From: an uncultured Enterobacteriaceae bacterium
Lineage (GTDB): Bacteria; Myxococcota_A; UBA9042
Length of the DNA stretch: 42,325 nucleotides
Reading direction: 5' to 3'
Assembly: GCA_964560875.1 (NCBI GenBank)
Contig: CAZLMW010000059.1
Span: 3,208-45,532 of the forward strand
Part shown: piece after piece, positions 1-10,319 of the stretch
Numbering within the stretch: the first letter of the stretch is position 1
Layout of the letters: each line of letters starts with the position of its first letter
Notes under the pieces: model-generated
Seen by the model: only the letters and a program-made list of their open reading frames with translations
Database searches by the model: none
What the model was told of the DNA's origin: nothing
Position numbers and translations under genes: made by a program

Positions 1-1325
1 AGTGCGGCAACGGCAAGTGCGAAGGCGGCGAAAACGAGACCAAGTGCCCGCTCGACTGCAACGCCGCCGCAGCGAACCTCTACACCTGCATTGCCGGCAA
101 GTGTGAAGCGGCTTGGAAAGACTGCATCGGCCACGACGGGTGTCGCGGTGTGGTCCAGTGCGTGGCCGGGTGTAGCGACGACGACTGTGTGACCAAATGT
201 GCCAGCGGAATGAGCGGCGGCACGTCCAAGCGCTACCTCAAGCTGAGCCAATGCGCCGCCGGCAGCGGTTGCGAGAAGAAGGACCCGCCCAAGACGAAGT
301 GCGGCGACGGCAAATGTGAGGGCAAGGAAGACGAGACCACCTGTCCGCAAGACTGCAAGAAGGCCCCCGTTTGTGGTGACGGCAAGTGCGAAGACACCGA
401 AAACGCCTTGTCGTGCCCCGCCGACTGCAAGACGGTCGCAAAGTGCGGCGATCTGGTCTGTGTTGCGCCCACCGAGACGCTCATCAGCTGCCCGCTGGAC
501 TGCAATGTCGACCTGAAGGCCCAGGCGCTCTGCCTCAAGGGCAAGTGCGCAACCAACCTCGAAACGTGTGCCAGCGATCCCGGCTGTCTGTCCGGTCTGC
601 TGTGTGCCTTCGCCTGCTCGATCGGCGACCAACAGTGCCTCTCGGGCTGTCAATCCAAGGCGGGAGCCGGCAGCGGCATCTTCAAGTCGCTGGTTTCATG
701 CGCCGTGCTCAACGACTGCGCGCTCGGCTCCAAGGCCAAGTGCGGCAACGGCAAGTGCGAGGCGGGCGAGGACCCGACGACGTGCCCCAAGGACTGCGGC
801 TCATGCGCCAACGCCTGCAACAACAAGGAATGCGGCAAGGTCGTGGGTTGCCCCAACGTCTGCGGCGGCTGCGGCGCCGGCAAGAAATGCGAAAACAACC
901 TGTGCACCGTCGGCCAGCCGTTCTGCGGCGACGGGTCGTGCGACGGGACTGAAAACGCGACCAACTGCAGCAAGGACTGCAAGACCGGAACGACCCAGGT
1001 TTGCGGCAACGGCAAGTGCGAGACCGGCGAGACCAACGCCAAATGCCCGCAGGATTGTCCGAAAACGACATGCGGCAACGGCAAGTGCGAAACCGGCGAG
1101 ACGCCGACGTCATGCGCCCAGGACTGTCCCAAGACCTCGTGCGGCGACGGCAAGTGCGAAGGCAACGAAAAGGCGACCTGCCCGAGCGATTGCGGTGGCG
1201 GTAGTGGAACCTGCAAAAACAGCGCCTGCAAGTTCGTGGCCGGCGCCAAGTGCCAGTGCGACACGGCGTGCAGCGACCCGAAGTACAACGACTGCTGCCC
1301 CGACAAAAAGTCGTACTGCAAATAG
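1..1325 (+). CDS. Secreted cysteine-rich repeat protein, C-terminal part (5' end lies outside the window). It carries repeated [10 protein letters not shown]..CP(x)DC modules and a C-terminal somatomedin-B-like 8-Cys module.
   Basis: The frame is open from base 3 and in frame with the listed 150..1325 ORF. The translation has at least 8 copies of CG(D/N)GKCExxE-x(3-6)-CPxDC, as in Myxococcus-type cysteine-rich repeat proteins. The last ~40 aa (CKNSACKFVAGAKCQCDTACSDPKYNDCCPDKKSYCK) match the Cys spacing of a somatomedin-B domain. GC3 is very high. Confidence 0.7.
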   Translation, partial: CGNGKCEGGENETKCPLDCNAAAANLYTCIAGKCEAAWKDCIGHDGCRGVVQCVAGCSDDDCVTKCASGMSGGTSKRYLKLSQCAAGSGCEKKDPPKTKCGDGKCEGKEDETTCPQDCKKAPVCGDGKCEDTENALSCPADCKTVAKCGDLVCVAPTETLISCPLDCNVDLKAQALCLKGKCATNLETCASDPGCLSGLLCAFACSIGDQQCLSGCQSKAGAGSGIFKSLVSCAVLNDCALGSKAKCGNGKCEAGEDPTTCPKDCGSCANACNNKECGKVVGCPNVCGGCGAGKKCENNLCTVGQPFCGDGSCDGTENATNCSKDCKTGTTQVCGNGKCETGETNAKCPQDCPKTTCGNGKCETGETPTSCAQDCPKTSCGDGKCEGNEKATCPSDCGGGSGTCKNSACKFVAGAKCQCDTACSDPKYNDCCPDKKSYCK

Positions 1326-1392
1326 GATTTGCTCCTCGATCATCGTTGCGTCCATTCGGACTCCACGATGGTCTCGGAAGTTGATTGGTTGA

Positions 1393-1411
1393 GGGGCCGG
1401 CGCCCGGCCCC
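1393..1411. terminator. GC-rich perfect hairpin (GGGGCCGG-CGC-CCGGCCCC) between two convergent genes. Candidate bidirectional transcription terminator.
   Basis: Perfect 8-bp inverted repeat with a 3-nt loop. It lies in the 243-bp convergent gap between the Cys-rich protein gene (+) and phzF (-). A T-run (TCATTTTTCGG) follows about 20 nt downstream on the + strand. Confidence 0.3.
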
Positions 1412-1568
1412 TGGTGCCCCAAAAGTGTCATTTTTCGGCACCTTTCCACAGCGTGCGGCGCACTTGCGCCTTGCGTCCCTCGGCCTCTCGCCTCGGTCCT
1501 TGGACCAAACGATCGCCGCCGGATTTGCAGTACGACTCGTGCGTTGCTGGTTTTGTCTCGTGCGTTGC

Positions 1569-2375
1569 TTACGGCAGCGTGATAACGCCCTTCAGGTAGT
1601 GCACGGTCTTGCCGGTTAGCAGGACACGGTCGCCTTGTACGCGGCACCCAACTTCGCCGCCGCGTTGTGAGATTTGGCGAGCCAGCAGGCCCGTCTTGCC
1701 GAGCCGCTTGGCCCAATACGGAGCCAAAGCGCAGTGGGCTGAGCCCGTCACCGGGTCTTCGTCCACACCCGAGAGCGGCGCGAAGAAGCGCGACACGAAG
1801 TCGACCCCGTCGCCGGGTGCGGTGCAGATGACGTTGGCCCGCATCTCGCCGATTCGTGGCGCTAAACCAGCGACGGTTGCTTGGTCGGCGAACACGGCGA
1901 GCACGTAAGGGCGGCGGTGCACCTCGCGGATGCGGTAGGTGGCCTCGGGCACGGCATCGAGCTCGGCGACGAGGTCATCGGCGGGACGGTCGTAGTGCGG
2001 CGGGGTGGCGGGGAAGTCCATCGTTGCGCGGTCGCCGTCGCGTTGCACGATCAGCGGCCCGGATTGCGAGTGGAAGACGACCCTCGTTGCGTCGACGTCG
2101 AGGTGATGGAACACGACATGGGCTGCGGCGAGTGTCGCGTGTCCGCACAGGTTCACTTCGATGGTGGGCGTGAACCAGCGCAGGTCGTAGTCACCGTCCT
2201 GCCGCCGAAGGATGAACGCGGTCTCGGACAGGTTGTTTTCGGCCGCGATGGCGAGCAACACGTTGTCATCGAGCCACTTTTCGAGCGGGCAGACCGCCGC
2301 CGGGTTTCCGCCGAATAGCTGCGTCGCGAATGCGTCGACCTGGAAGAGCGGGATTTCGGGCACGGGGACCTCCAA
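1569..2375 (-). CDS. phzF: PhzF-family (phenazine biosynthesis-like) isomerase
   Basis: N-terminus is IPLFQVDAFATQLFGGNPAAVC, the PhzF hallmark. The protein is 268 aa with conserved internal GDG/Cys segments. It is the last gene of a same-strand cluster with folA and thyA. Confidence 0.85.
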   Translation of the reverse strand: MEVPVPEIPLFQVDAFATQLFGGNPAAVCPLEKWLDDNVLLAIAAENNLSETAFILRRQDGDYDLRWFTPTIEVNLCGHATLAAAHVVFHHLDVDATRVVFHSQSGPLIVQRDGDRATMDFPATPPHYDRPADDLVAELDAVPEATYRIREVHRRPYVLAVFADQATVAGLAPRIGEMRANVICTAPGDGVDFVSRFFAPLSGVDEDPVTGSAHCALAPYWAKRLGKTGLLARQISQRGGEVGCRVQGDRVLLTGKTVHYLKGVITLP

Positions 2376-2390
2376 CGGCTTGGCGGAAGA

Positions 2391-2915
2391 CTATCGTCGG
2401 CGGTCCCATGTCACGAATCGGTGGGGTGGCTCGCCTTCGCCGTGGCGTTCATCCGTGGCATCGAAATCGCTGAGGTCGACGTCGGGAAACACGGTGTCGC
2501 CAGCGAATTCCGCGTCGATATGAGTGCGGTAGAAACGGTCGATGTGGGGCCAGGCAAGGCGCCAAATCTCGGCCCCGCCGATGAGGAAGATCTCAGGGGT
2601 CTCGATCTTGCCGTCCGCGACCTTTCGGCGCTCCCAAGCGGCGGCCTCGGCAAACGCTTCGTCCAACGTCCGCACCACGGAAAGGCGCTTGTCTTCGCGC
2701 ACGAGGCTGCGGCTCAAGACCACGTTCAGGCGGAATTTCAGCGGCGTCTGCAGCTCGTCGAGCGTCTTGCGTCCCATGATGATGGCGTGCCGCTTCGTCA
2801 GCCTCTGAAAACGCTTGAGGTCGTCGGGAATGCGCCACGGCAGCTTGCCGTCTTTGCCGATGACACCGTTGCTTGCGACCGCTGCGATGGCGCTGACCCG
2901 GATTCCGTCGTACAT
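2391..2915 (-). CDS. folA: Dihydrofolate reductase
   Basis: The translation from the internal ATG at 2915 (MYDGIRVSAIAAVASNGVIGKDGKLPWRIPDDLKRFQRLTKRHAIIMGRKT...) is a canonical DHFR of about 174 aa. The longer listed ORF (to 3344) would run through thyA in another frame, so I reject it. The 8-nt gap after the thyA stop fits the classic thyA-folA arrangement. Confidence 0.85.
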   Translation of the reverse strand: MYDGIRVSAIAAVASNGVIGKDGKLPWRIPDDLKRFQRLTKRHAIIMGRKTLDELQTPLKFRLNVVLSRSLVREDKRLSVVRTLDEAFAEAAAWERRKVADGKIETPEIFLIGGAEIWRLAWPHIDRFYRTHIDAEFAGDTVFPDVDLSDFDATDERHGEGEPPHRFVTWDRRR

Positions 2916-2923
2916 CGTCGTCG

Positions 2924-3735
2924 TCAGACCGCGACAGCCGCTTTGATGCGCCGATGAGGCTGATACCCCTCGAGCTTGAAGTCTTCGAAAACGAAGTCGT
3001 CGATCGACCGAACGTCGGGGTTGATGCGCATCGTCGGCAGCGGTCGCGGCTCCCGTGAAAGCTGCAGCTTCGCCTGCTCGATGTGGTTGCTGTACAGGTG
3101 CACGTCTCCGAATGTGTGCACGAAATCGCCCGGGTCGAGCTCGCAAACCTGGGCCACCATCATGGTCAGCAATGCATAGCTCGCGATGTTGAAAGGCACG
3201 CCCAGGAAGATGTCCGCGCTGCGCTGGTAGAGCTGACAGGACAGGGTGCGCCTCTCGCTGCCACCGCGCGGCGATCCCACGTAGAACTGGAACAGCAGGT
3301 GGCAGGGCGGCAAGGCCATCTTTGGCACGTCGCCGACGTTCCATGCGTTGACGAGGATGCGGCGCGACGTCGGGTTGTTGCAGATCAGCTCCACAGCCTG
3401 CGCGACCTGGTCGATGACCGCGCCGTCATCGCTTTGCCAGCGTCGCCATTGTTTGCCGTAAACGGGGCCCAACTCGCCGTCATCATCGGCCCACTCGTTC
3501 CAGATGCGGACCTTGCGCTCCTGCAGCCAGCGCGCGTTTGTTTCACCGCGCAAAAACCACAGCAGCTCGTAGATGATCGACTTGAGATGGACCTTCTTGG
3601 TCGTCACCAAAGGGAAGCCATCGCCGAGGTCGTAGCGCACTTGCCGGCCAAAAAGGCTCCGCGTCCCGACACCGGTGCGGTCCATGCGTTCGTCGCCGGT
3701 CTCGAGAACCTCGCGCAGCAGGTCGAGGTAAGGCT

Positions 3736-3739
<4 letters not shown>
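2924..3739 (-). CDS. thyA: Thymidylate synthase (ThyA, folate-dependent)
   Basis: A GTG start at 3739 gives [38 protein letters not shown]..., the standard ThyA N-terminus, plus the PCH...QLYQRSAD...[13 protein letters not shown] core. The product is about 271 aa. The GTG overlaps the TGA stop of the upstream gene (GTGA). Confidence 0.9.
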
Positions 3740-5043
<1,304 letters not shown>

Positions 5044-5121
5044 CGCGGCGTTCTAGCGACAGGCTCTGGCCCGCGCAAGGGGCATTGACGGCGACAGGCA
5101 CGGCGAAGCACCCTCGCAGCG

Positions 5122-6261
5122 ATGTCAGACAACCCTTCCGTCCTCCAGCGCGCAGCGGGAATCCGTTCGTTCATCCTGCCGCTCATCGCCGCGCTCCTCG
5201 TCGCATACGGGGCAGGAAGCGGCGGATTCGGCGTGGTCGAGATCGAGCCTGGCGAGGCGGCGGTCATCTACAACACGACCGGGATCGCGATCTTCGGCGA
5301 CGCCGCACGCGTCATTCGCGAACAGGGCACGGTCACTTTCGTCCCCTGGTTTCAGCGCGTCGAAATCATCGATATCCAGCCGACGGTGCTGATGATGCAG
5401 GGCTCGCGCGACGTCGATGAATCGCACGTCAAGCAGCTGACAGTTCGCGCCAAGGACGGCAGCAACTTCTGGTTCAAGAAGCTGGAAATTCACTACCAGG
5501 CCGACGCATCGAAGGCCGACACGATCATCTCCACGCATGGCCGCGGTCTCGCCTACAAGCACATGGCCATGCGCGTGCACAGTCGCGAGATCCTGCGCGA
5601 TGAGTTCGGCCGCTACTCGTTCCTCGACGCCGCAAACCCGGCGTCTTATGGACGCGCAACCTCGATCGCTCGCAGCAATCTGAACAGGCGACTGCGCCGA
5701 GGGGGCATCGAGGTCACGCAGGTCATCACGCCCAAACCGAGCTTCGAAGCGCGTGTCGAAAAGTCGATCACCAACCGGCAAACCGCAGAGCAAGAGGTGC
5801 TCGTCTACGCCAAGCAGCGCCTCCGCCTGGTCAAGGAACGCGATCGCAAGAAGCAGTCGATTCGCGAAAAGAAGAGCGCTGAATACCAGGCGTTGCTCGC
5901 CCAGCTCGCCGCGAACCTGCAGAAGTCACGCAACCGCCTCGTCTCTGTGCAGCGTGAAGCTGACAAGTACTCGATCGGTCGCAAAGCCAACGCCAACGCG
6001 ATCTTCATGCAGCGCAAGACACGGTCCGTCGCCATCGCCGAGGCCGCCAAGGAGCGCGCCCGAGGCCTGGCTGCCAAGATTCGCGCGGTCGGCGAACGTG
6101 GCCCTGACGTACTGAACCTCGAGATCGCCAACCACGTGTTCCCGCAGCTGCAAAAGGTCCAAGCGGCCCCTTATGCCCGCGCCAGCCGTCCGATCGACAT
6201 CCGCCACATCGAAAGCAGTCAGCAGTTCCAGTCCAGCAAGAAGAAGCGGAGGGTCAAATGA
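5122..6261 (+). CDS. SPFH/band-7 domain membrane protein (stomatin/prohibitin-like), first of a tandem pair
   Basis: N-terminal TM helix (SFILPLIAALLVAYGAG). An SPFH-like core (VIYNTTGIAIFGDAARVIREQGTVTFVPWFQRVEIIDIQP...) is followed by a long charged coiled-coil tail. It overlaps the next gene by 4 nt (ATGA). Confidence 0.75.
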   Translation: MSDNPSVLQRAAGIRSFILPLIAALLVAYGAGSGGFGVVEIEPGEAAVIYNTTGIAIFGDAARVIREQGTVTFVPWFQRVEIIDIQPTVLMMQGSRDVDESHVKQLTVRAKDGSNFWFKKLEIHYQADASKADTIISTHGRGLAYKHMAMRVHSREILRDEFGRYSFLDAANPASYGRATSIARSNLNRRLRRGGIEVTQVITPKPSFEARVEKSITNRQTAEQEVLVYAKQRLRLVKERDRKKQSIREKKSAEYQALLAQLAANLQKSRNRLVSVQREADKYSIGRKANANAIFMQRKTRSVAIAEAAKERARGLAAKIRAVGERGPDVLNLEIANHVFPQLQKVQAAPYARASRPIDIRHIESSQQFQSSKKKRRVK

Positions 6262-7298
6262 AGCTCTCTGGCCTCTTTGGCGTGCAGGGCATCAGCCTGA
6301 TGATCATCCTCATCTGGGCCTTGCCGAACTCGTGCACAACGTACATCTATCCCGACGAGATCGGTGTCCGCCGTTCGCTGTCTGGCGGCATCGAAAACGA
6401 GGATTTCCACCAAGGCAGGCACCTCGATCTGCCGCTCTATCACATGTGGTACCGGCTGCCGCGCACACTGCAGTACCTGGAGTTCACCGACGCCAGCGAC
6501 CTCGATCTGCGAACCCGCGAAGGCAACTTGATTCATGTCAGCTTGACAATCATCTACCGCATCGTGCCGGAGCAGGCGCACCTGCTGGCCCGTGAAGGTC
6601 TCGCCACGAACTATCCCGATCGTGTGCGGAGCGCGGCGGAGGGCTTTTTGCTCGAGCACCTCGCGCAGATGTCCAACTCCAACATCCAGGATCCCGAAAA
6701 GCGGCAGGAGATCGCCCTGAGCGCGGTGCCGCAGCTCAACAAGCGCCTGACGCAGTACCACGTGTCGCTACCCAGAGACGGTGTGGTCATCCGATCGATC
6801 TCGTTTGACGGCCCCTACGAGGCGCGCCTGCAGGCCAAGCAGCTGTTCGCCGTGCAGGCAGAGCTCGATACCGCCAAGGAAAACGAGTCCAAGGCCAAGC
6901 AGAAGACCGACACGGTGCAAAAAGGCATCGACAAGGACGTCGCCGTCGAGCGTGAGGACTGGAACCAGCGCATTGAGCTGGCGCGCAAAGCGACGGAGAC
7001 CGAGATCGCGATCATCCAGGCACAGGCGGTCGAGTACGACAAACGCGTGCGGGCCGAAGCGGACGCTGAATACGAGAAGCTCGTTGCCCAGGGCGATCGC
7101 ATGATCTCGGAAGCTGAAGCGCTCGGTGAGAAGCTCCGCGCCGAAGCCCTCACAAGTCGCGCGGGCCGAACCTACAGCGCGATTCAAGCTGTCCGAAAGT
7201 TCAAGCTTGGGCGGATTCAGCTCAACTCCTACGACCCCGAATTTCTGCAGCGCTTTGGCTCCATGGCGGCGTGGCGGCGATTCTTCGGCGGTGAATGA
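6258..7298 (+). CDS. SPFH/band-7 domain membrane protein, second of a tandem pair
   Basis: N-terminal TM helix (ISLMIILIWALP), an SPFH-like core, then a K/E/A-rich coiled coil (AKQLFAVQAELDTAKENESKAKQKTD...). It is translationally coupled to the upstream SPFH gene. Confidence 0.7.
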   Translation: MKLSGLFGVQGISLMIILIWALPNSCTTYIYPDEIGVRRSLSGGIENEDFHQGRHLDLPLYHMWYRLPRTLQYLEFTDASDLDLRTREGNLIHVSLTIIYRIVPEQAHLLAREGLATNYPDRVRSAAEGFLLEHLAQMSNSNIQDPEKRQEIALSAVPQLNKRLTQYHVSLPRDGVVIRSISFDGPYEARLQAKQLFAVQAELDTAKENESKAKQKTDTVQKGIDKDVAVEREDWNQRIELARKATETEIAIIQAQAVEYDKRVRAEADAEYEKLVAQGDRMISEAEALGEKLRAEALTSRAGRTYSAIQAVRKFKLGRIQLNSYDPEFLQRFGSMAAWRRFFGGE

Positions 7299-7346
7299 CG
7301 GCCGACGCGCCGTTTCCTTGCGGTCGGTTAGCCTCGGAACGCTGCC

Positions 7347-7877
7347 ATGATGTTGCGGATCGCGTTCTTGGTGATGGCCCTCGCGGCTGCGGGCTTCGTA
7401 CTGTGGCGCCGTTTCAAGCCCGACCCCCTGCTCGACGTGCCGGGGACTTGGAAACGACTCGCGCGCGGCCACTCCTCCGTTCGCGAGGCGATCAAGCTCC
7501 GCGACTCGCTCATCAAACTAGCGCTGAACAGCACCGCTGCAGACGCGCAACCGCTCGCCCTCGACGTCGACCGCCTCGTCGATTCGATCGCGTCGATGTG
7601 CGAGGCACAGGGCCAACTCCGCGACCAGGTGGCGTCTTTCGATCCCAACAGCGAGCGTGCAAGGGAGCTCCGAAACAGCGTCGCCGATATTGAAAAGGCG
7701 GTCCGCGATGCGCTCGACCAGCTCCATGAACTTCATCTTCACCTTGTGCGCGTGACCAGCGCCGAGATCGACGCCGCGGTCGCCGATGTCCGCAAGCGAT
7801 TGGTCGCCCGCCGCAACGATCTGTCGTACGTGATCGAAGGCCACAAAGAGGTCGAGACGATGCTCGACGATTCGTGA
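7347..7877 (+). CDS. Hypothetical membrane-anchored coiled-coil protein, the third gene of the SPFH cluster
   Basis: N-terminal TM helix (IAFLVMALAAAGFVLW) followed by alpha-helical heptad-like sequence. GC3 is high on this strand. The antisense ORF 7518..8000 is low-complexity and I reject it. The gene starts 49 nt after SPFH-2. Confidence 0.55.
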   Translation: MMLRIAFLVMALAAAGFVLWRRFKPDPLLDVPGTWKRLARGHSSVREAIKLRDSLIKLALNSTAADAQPLALDVDRLVDSIASMCEAQGQLRDQVASFDPNSERARELRNSVADIEKAVRDALDQLHELHLHLVRVTSAEIDAAVADVRKRLVARRNDLSYVIEGHKEVETMLDDS

Positions 7878-8065
7878 CACCGTCTTCGGGCAACCGAGTC
7901 CGCCGCACTTTTGCCCTATTTCACCAGCGGCTATAGTCGCGGTGAACGTGCAGAACACGGCAGCGATCGTGCCCGGCCTGGGCGTACACCCGCCGATCAC
8001 ATTGCCGACAAGCGCGACCAGACATCGATCACGGCCCGATCCCGGGCAGCCATGACGGAGTAATC

Positions 8066-9202
8066 ATGAAAACCCACCAGATCACGTGGACTGAAAACGA
8101 GGGCTGGACGACGCTCAAAGATGGCGGCGGCGTGGCTGACGCGAACCTCGTCATCTATTTCGCTGCGCCAGGGACGATGGCGTCGGGCGATCGCTACGAT
8201 GACATCAAGAGCCGCTTCCCCGAGGCCGACATCGTGGGCTGCACGACCGGCGGCGAGATCGCGGGTGACGAAGTGCTCGATGACAGCGTCGTCGCCACCG
8301 CAGTTCGATTCGAAAAGACACGGACCCAGGTGGCCGTCACGGCGGTCGCCGCGGGTGGCAGCTCCGAAGCGGCGGGCAAAGAACTCGCCGGACAGCTGTC
8401 CGCACGCGACTTGAACAGTGTTTTCGTGCTCAGCGATGGCATCAACGTCAACGGCAGCGAGCTTGTACGAGGATTCCGCGGCGTGATCGGCGACAATATC
8501 CCGCTGACCGGCGGCTTGGCCGGTGATGGCGCTGATTTCGGGACCACGTACGTCGGCTGCAACGGCACGCCAGTCTCAGGTCAGATCGTCGCGGTCGGCT
8601 TCTACGGAGACGCGCTGCGCATCGGCCACGGCTCGATCGGCGGATGGGATCCCTTCGGTCCCGAACGCGTCATCACACGCAGCGAAGGCAACGTGCTGTT
8701 CGAGCTCGATGGCCAGCCAGCGCTCGACCTGTACAAGAAATACCTCGGCGAAGAGGCGGAGAAGCTGCCCGGAAGTGCGCTGCTGTTCCCGCTTCGAGTC
8801 GCTCCGAAAGACGGCGGCAGCGACATCGTTCGCACCGTCCTGACCATCGATGAAGACGCCAAGTCGATGACCTTCGCGGGCGACGTCCCGCAGGGCCATA
8901 TCGCGCAGTTGATGCGCGGCAACTTTGATCACCTCGTCAATGGCGCCGGCCAGGCCGCGGAAAGTGCGGCTGGTCAAGACGGCGGCGGCGATCGGCTGGC
9001 GGTTCTGGTTAGTTGCATCGGGCGCAAACTCCTCATGGGCCAGCGCGTCTCCGACGAAGTTGAAGCGGTTGCCGATGTGCTCGGGGAAAATGCCGCGGTG
9101 CTCGGCTACTACTCTTACGGCGAGATCTCTCCGCACGAGAGCACCGGCGTCTGCGAGCTCCACAACCAGACCATGACAGTCACGACGTTCGTCGAAGGTT
9201 GA
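8066..9202 (+). CDS. FIST-domain protein (standalone FIST N/C sensory module)
   Basis: 378 aa with no TM segment. Segments such as VFVLSDGINVNGSELVRGF...PLTGGLAGD and C-terminal YSYGEISP resemble FIST N- and C-domains as I recall them. A good RBS (GGAG) sits 7 nt upstream of the ATG. Confidence 0.55.
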   Translation: MKTHQITWTENEGWTTLKDGGGVADANLVIYFAAPGTMASGDRYDDIKSRFPEADIVGCTTGGEIAGDEVLDDSVVATAVRFEKTRTQVAVTAVAAGGSSEAAGKELAGQLSARDLNSVFVLSDGINVNGSELVRGFRGVIGDNIPLTGGLAGDGADFGTTYVGCNGTPVSGQIVAVGFYGDALRIGHGSIGGWDPFGPERVITRSEGNVLFELDGQPALDLYKKYLGEEAEKLPGSALLFPLRVAPKDGGSDIVRTVLTIDEDAKSMTFAGDVPQGHIAQLMRGNFDHLVNGAGQAAESAAGQDGGGDRLAVLVSCIGRKLLMGQRVSDEVEAVADVLGENAAVLGYYSYGEISPHESTGVCELHNQTMTVTTFVEG

Positions 9203-9357
9203 TGCCCATGGCGGGCGCCGCGAGCTGATCGGGGCCGCTCGCACCTGGTCGGGCCGCTGCCCGCAGAGGACGAAATTACGCGGTCGCTGCTGTAGATGGG
9301 CGAAATCGCTCATTGCGCCGCGTCGCCTGCTCCTTACGGTGGGAGTAGGAGGCGCCG

Positions 9358-10257
9358 ATGGCTCGCTCGCTCACAGTTGCGCTCGTTGCGTGCGTCACGG
9401 CGTTTGTCGGCCTGTCAGGCTGCAATCACAACGTACAGCCCCGCGATGGCGACCTCCGCGTTGTCACATACAACGTGGCACGCGGTTATGCGGTCGATCT
9501 CGAGGACGCTTCAGCCTGGCGCGCACTACTGCCCAGCTCGATGTCGCTCAAGAGCGTGCTCAGCAATCATCCCGGCGTGTGCGACTTCGACGTCCTCGCG
9601 CTGCAAGAGCTGTGCGGTGACCGCGACGGCGCACACCTTCGCTACTTCCGCAAAATCGCTGGGCGGTCCGGCCGAACGTGGATGGTGTTCAAGCGCGCCG
9701 ATCCCAAACGTCCGGGCAGCTGTGCCGAGGGCGTGGCGATCATCAGTCGCTTGCCGATCGTGGCCAGCGGGTCGATCCTGCTGCCCAACGTCGCGACGAT
9801 GCGCAGGACCGCGGTCTGGGCCGATATCCGCGTCGATCACCCCAGCGGATCGCGCATCGTACGCGTCTACAACGTGCACCTGGATGCGCGGGCCAAGCGC
9901 GTCGATTCGGCCAAGGGCAGGGCGCTGCAGATCGGCGCGATCATCGACCACCACGACGACTGGCGGCGCAAGGCCGGGGCCAAGGACGCCAGCCTCGTCG
10001 TCGGCGACTTCAACACCCTCGAGGACGACGAACCGGTGCTCGATCGCCTCGTCAAGATCTTCAAACCGGCCCTTCCCGTGGACACCTCGACGCATTGGCT
10101 CGGATGGCAACTCGACCGTGTGTTCTTCGACGGACTTGAGCGAAGGCGTGCCCGCGCGCTGCGTATTCCGCTCTCCGACCACTACCCGGTGACGGTCGAT
10201 TTCGACTTCCCGCGCCCGTCCGCTCCCAGCCACACCAAGGTCGCCGCCGGGCCGTGA
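9358..10257 (+). CDS. Endonuclease/exonuclease/phosphatase (EEP)-family lipoprotein
   Basis: Signal peptide with a lipobox (VGLSGC). Catalytic-site-like motifs of the EEP fold are present: VVTYNV..., LQEL, NVHLD, GDFN, SDHYPV. A strong RBS (GGAGTAGGAGG) lies upstream. Confidence 0.8.
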   Translation: MARSLTVALVACVTAFVGLSGCNHNVQPRDGDLRVVTYNVARGYAVDLEDASAWRALLPSSMSLKSVLSNHPGVCDFDVLALQELCGDRDGAHLRYFRKIAGRSGRTWMVFKRADPKRPGSCAEGVAIISRLPIVASGSILLPNVATMRRTAVWADIRVDHPSGSRIVRVYNVHLDARAKRVDSAKGRALQIGAIIDHHDDWRRKAGAKDASLVVGDFNTLEDDEPVLDRLVKIFKPALPVDTSTHWLGWQLDRVFFDGLERRRARALRIPLSDHYPVTVDFDFPRPSAPSHTKVAAGP

Positions 10258-10319
10258 CCGACACTTCGGCCAGCGTGCCTAGCTTGTAGGTAGCCCGTTG
10301 TGGCTCATCGCGAGCGTCC

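Noticed and set aside
709-1716. 335-aa minus ORF and several 60-220-aa ORFs overlapping 150..1325
   Set aside because: They are shadow frames of the Cys-rich repeat gene with Arg/Pro/Ser low complexity.
2916-3344. N-terminal extension of the DHFR ORF (listed 2391..3344)
   Set aside because: It would overlap thyA out of frame for 430 nt. The canonical DHFR begins at the internal ATG (2915) right after the thyA stop.
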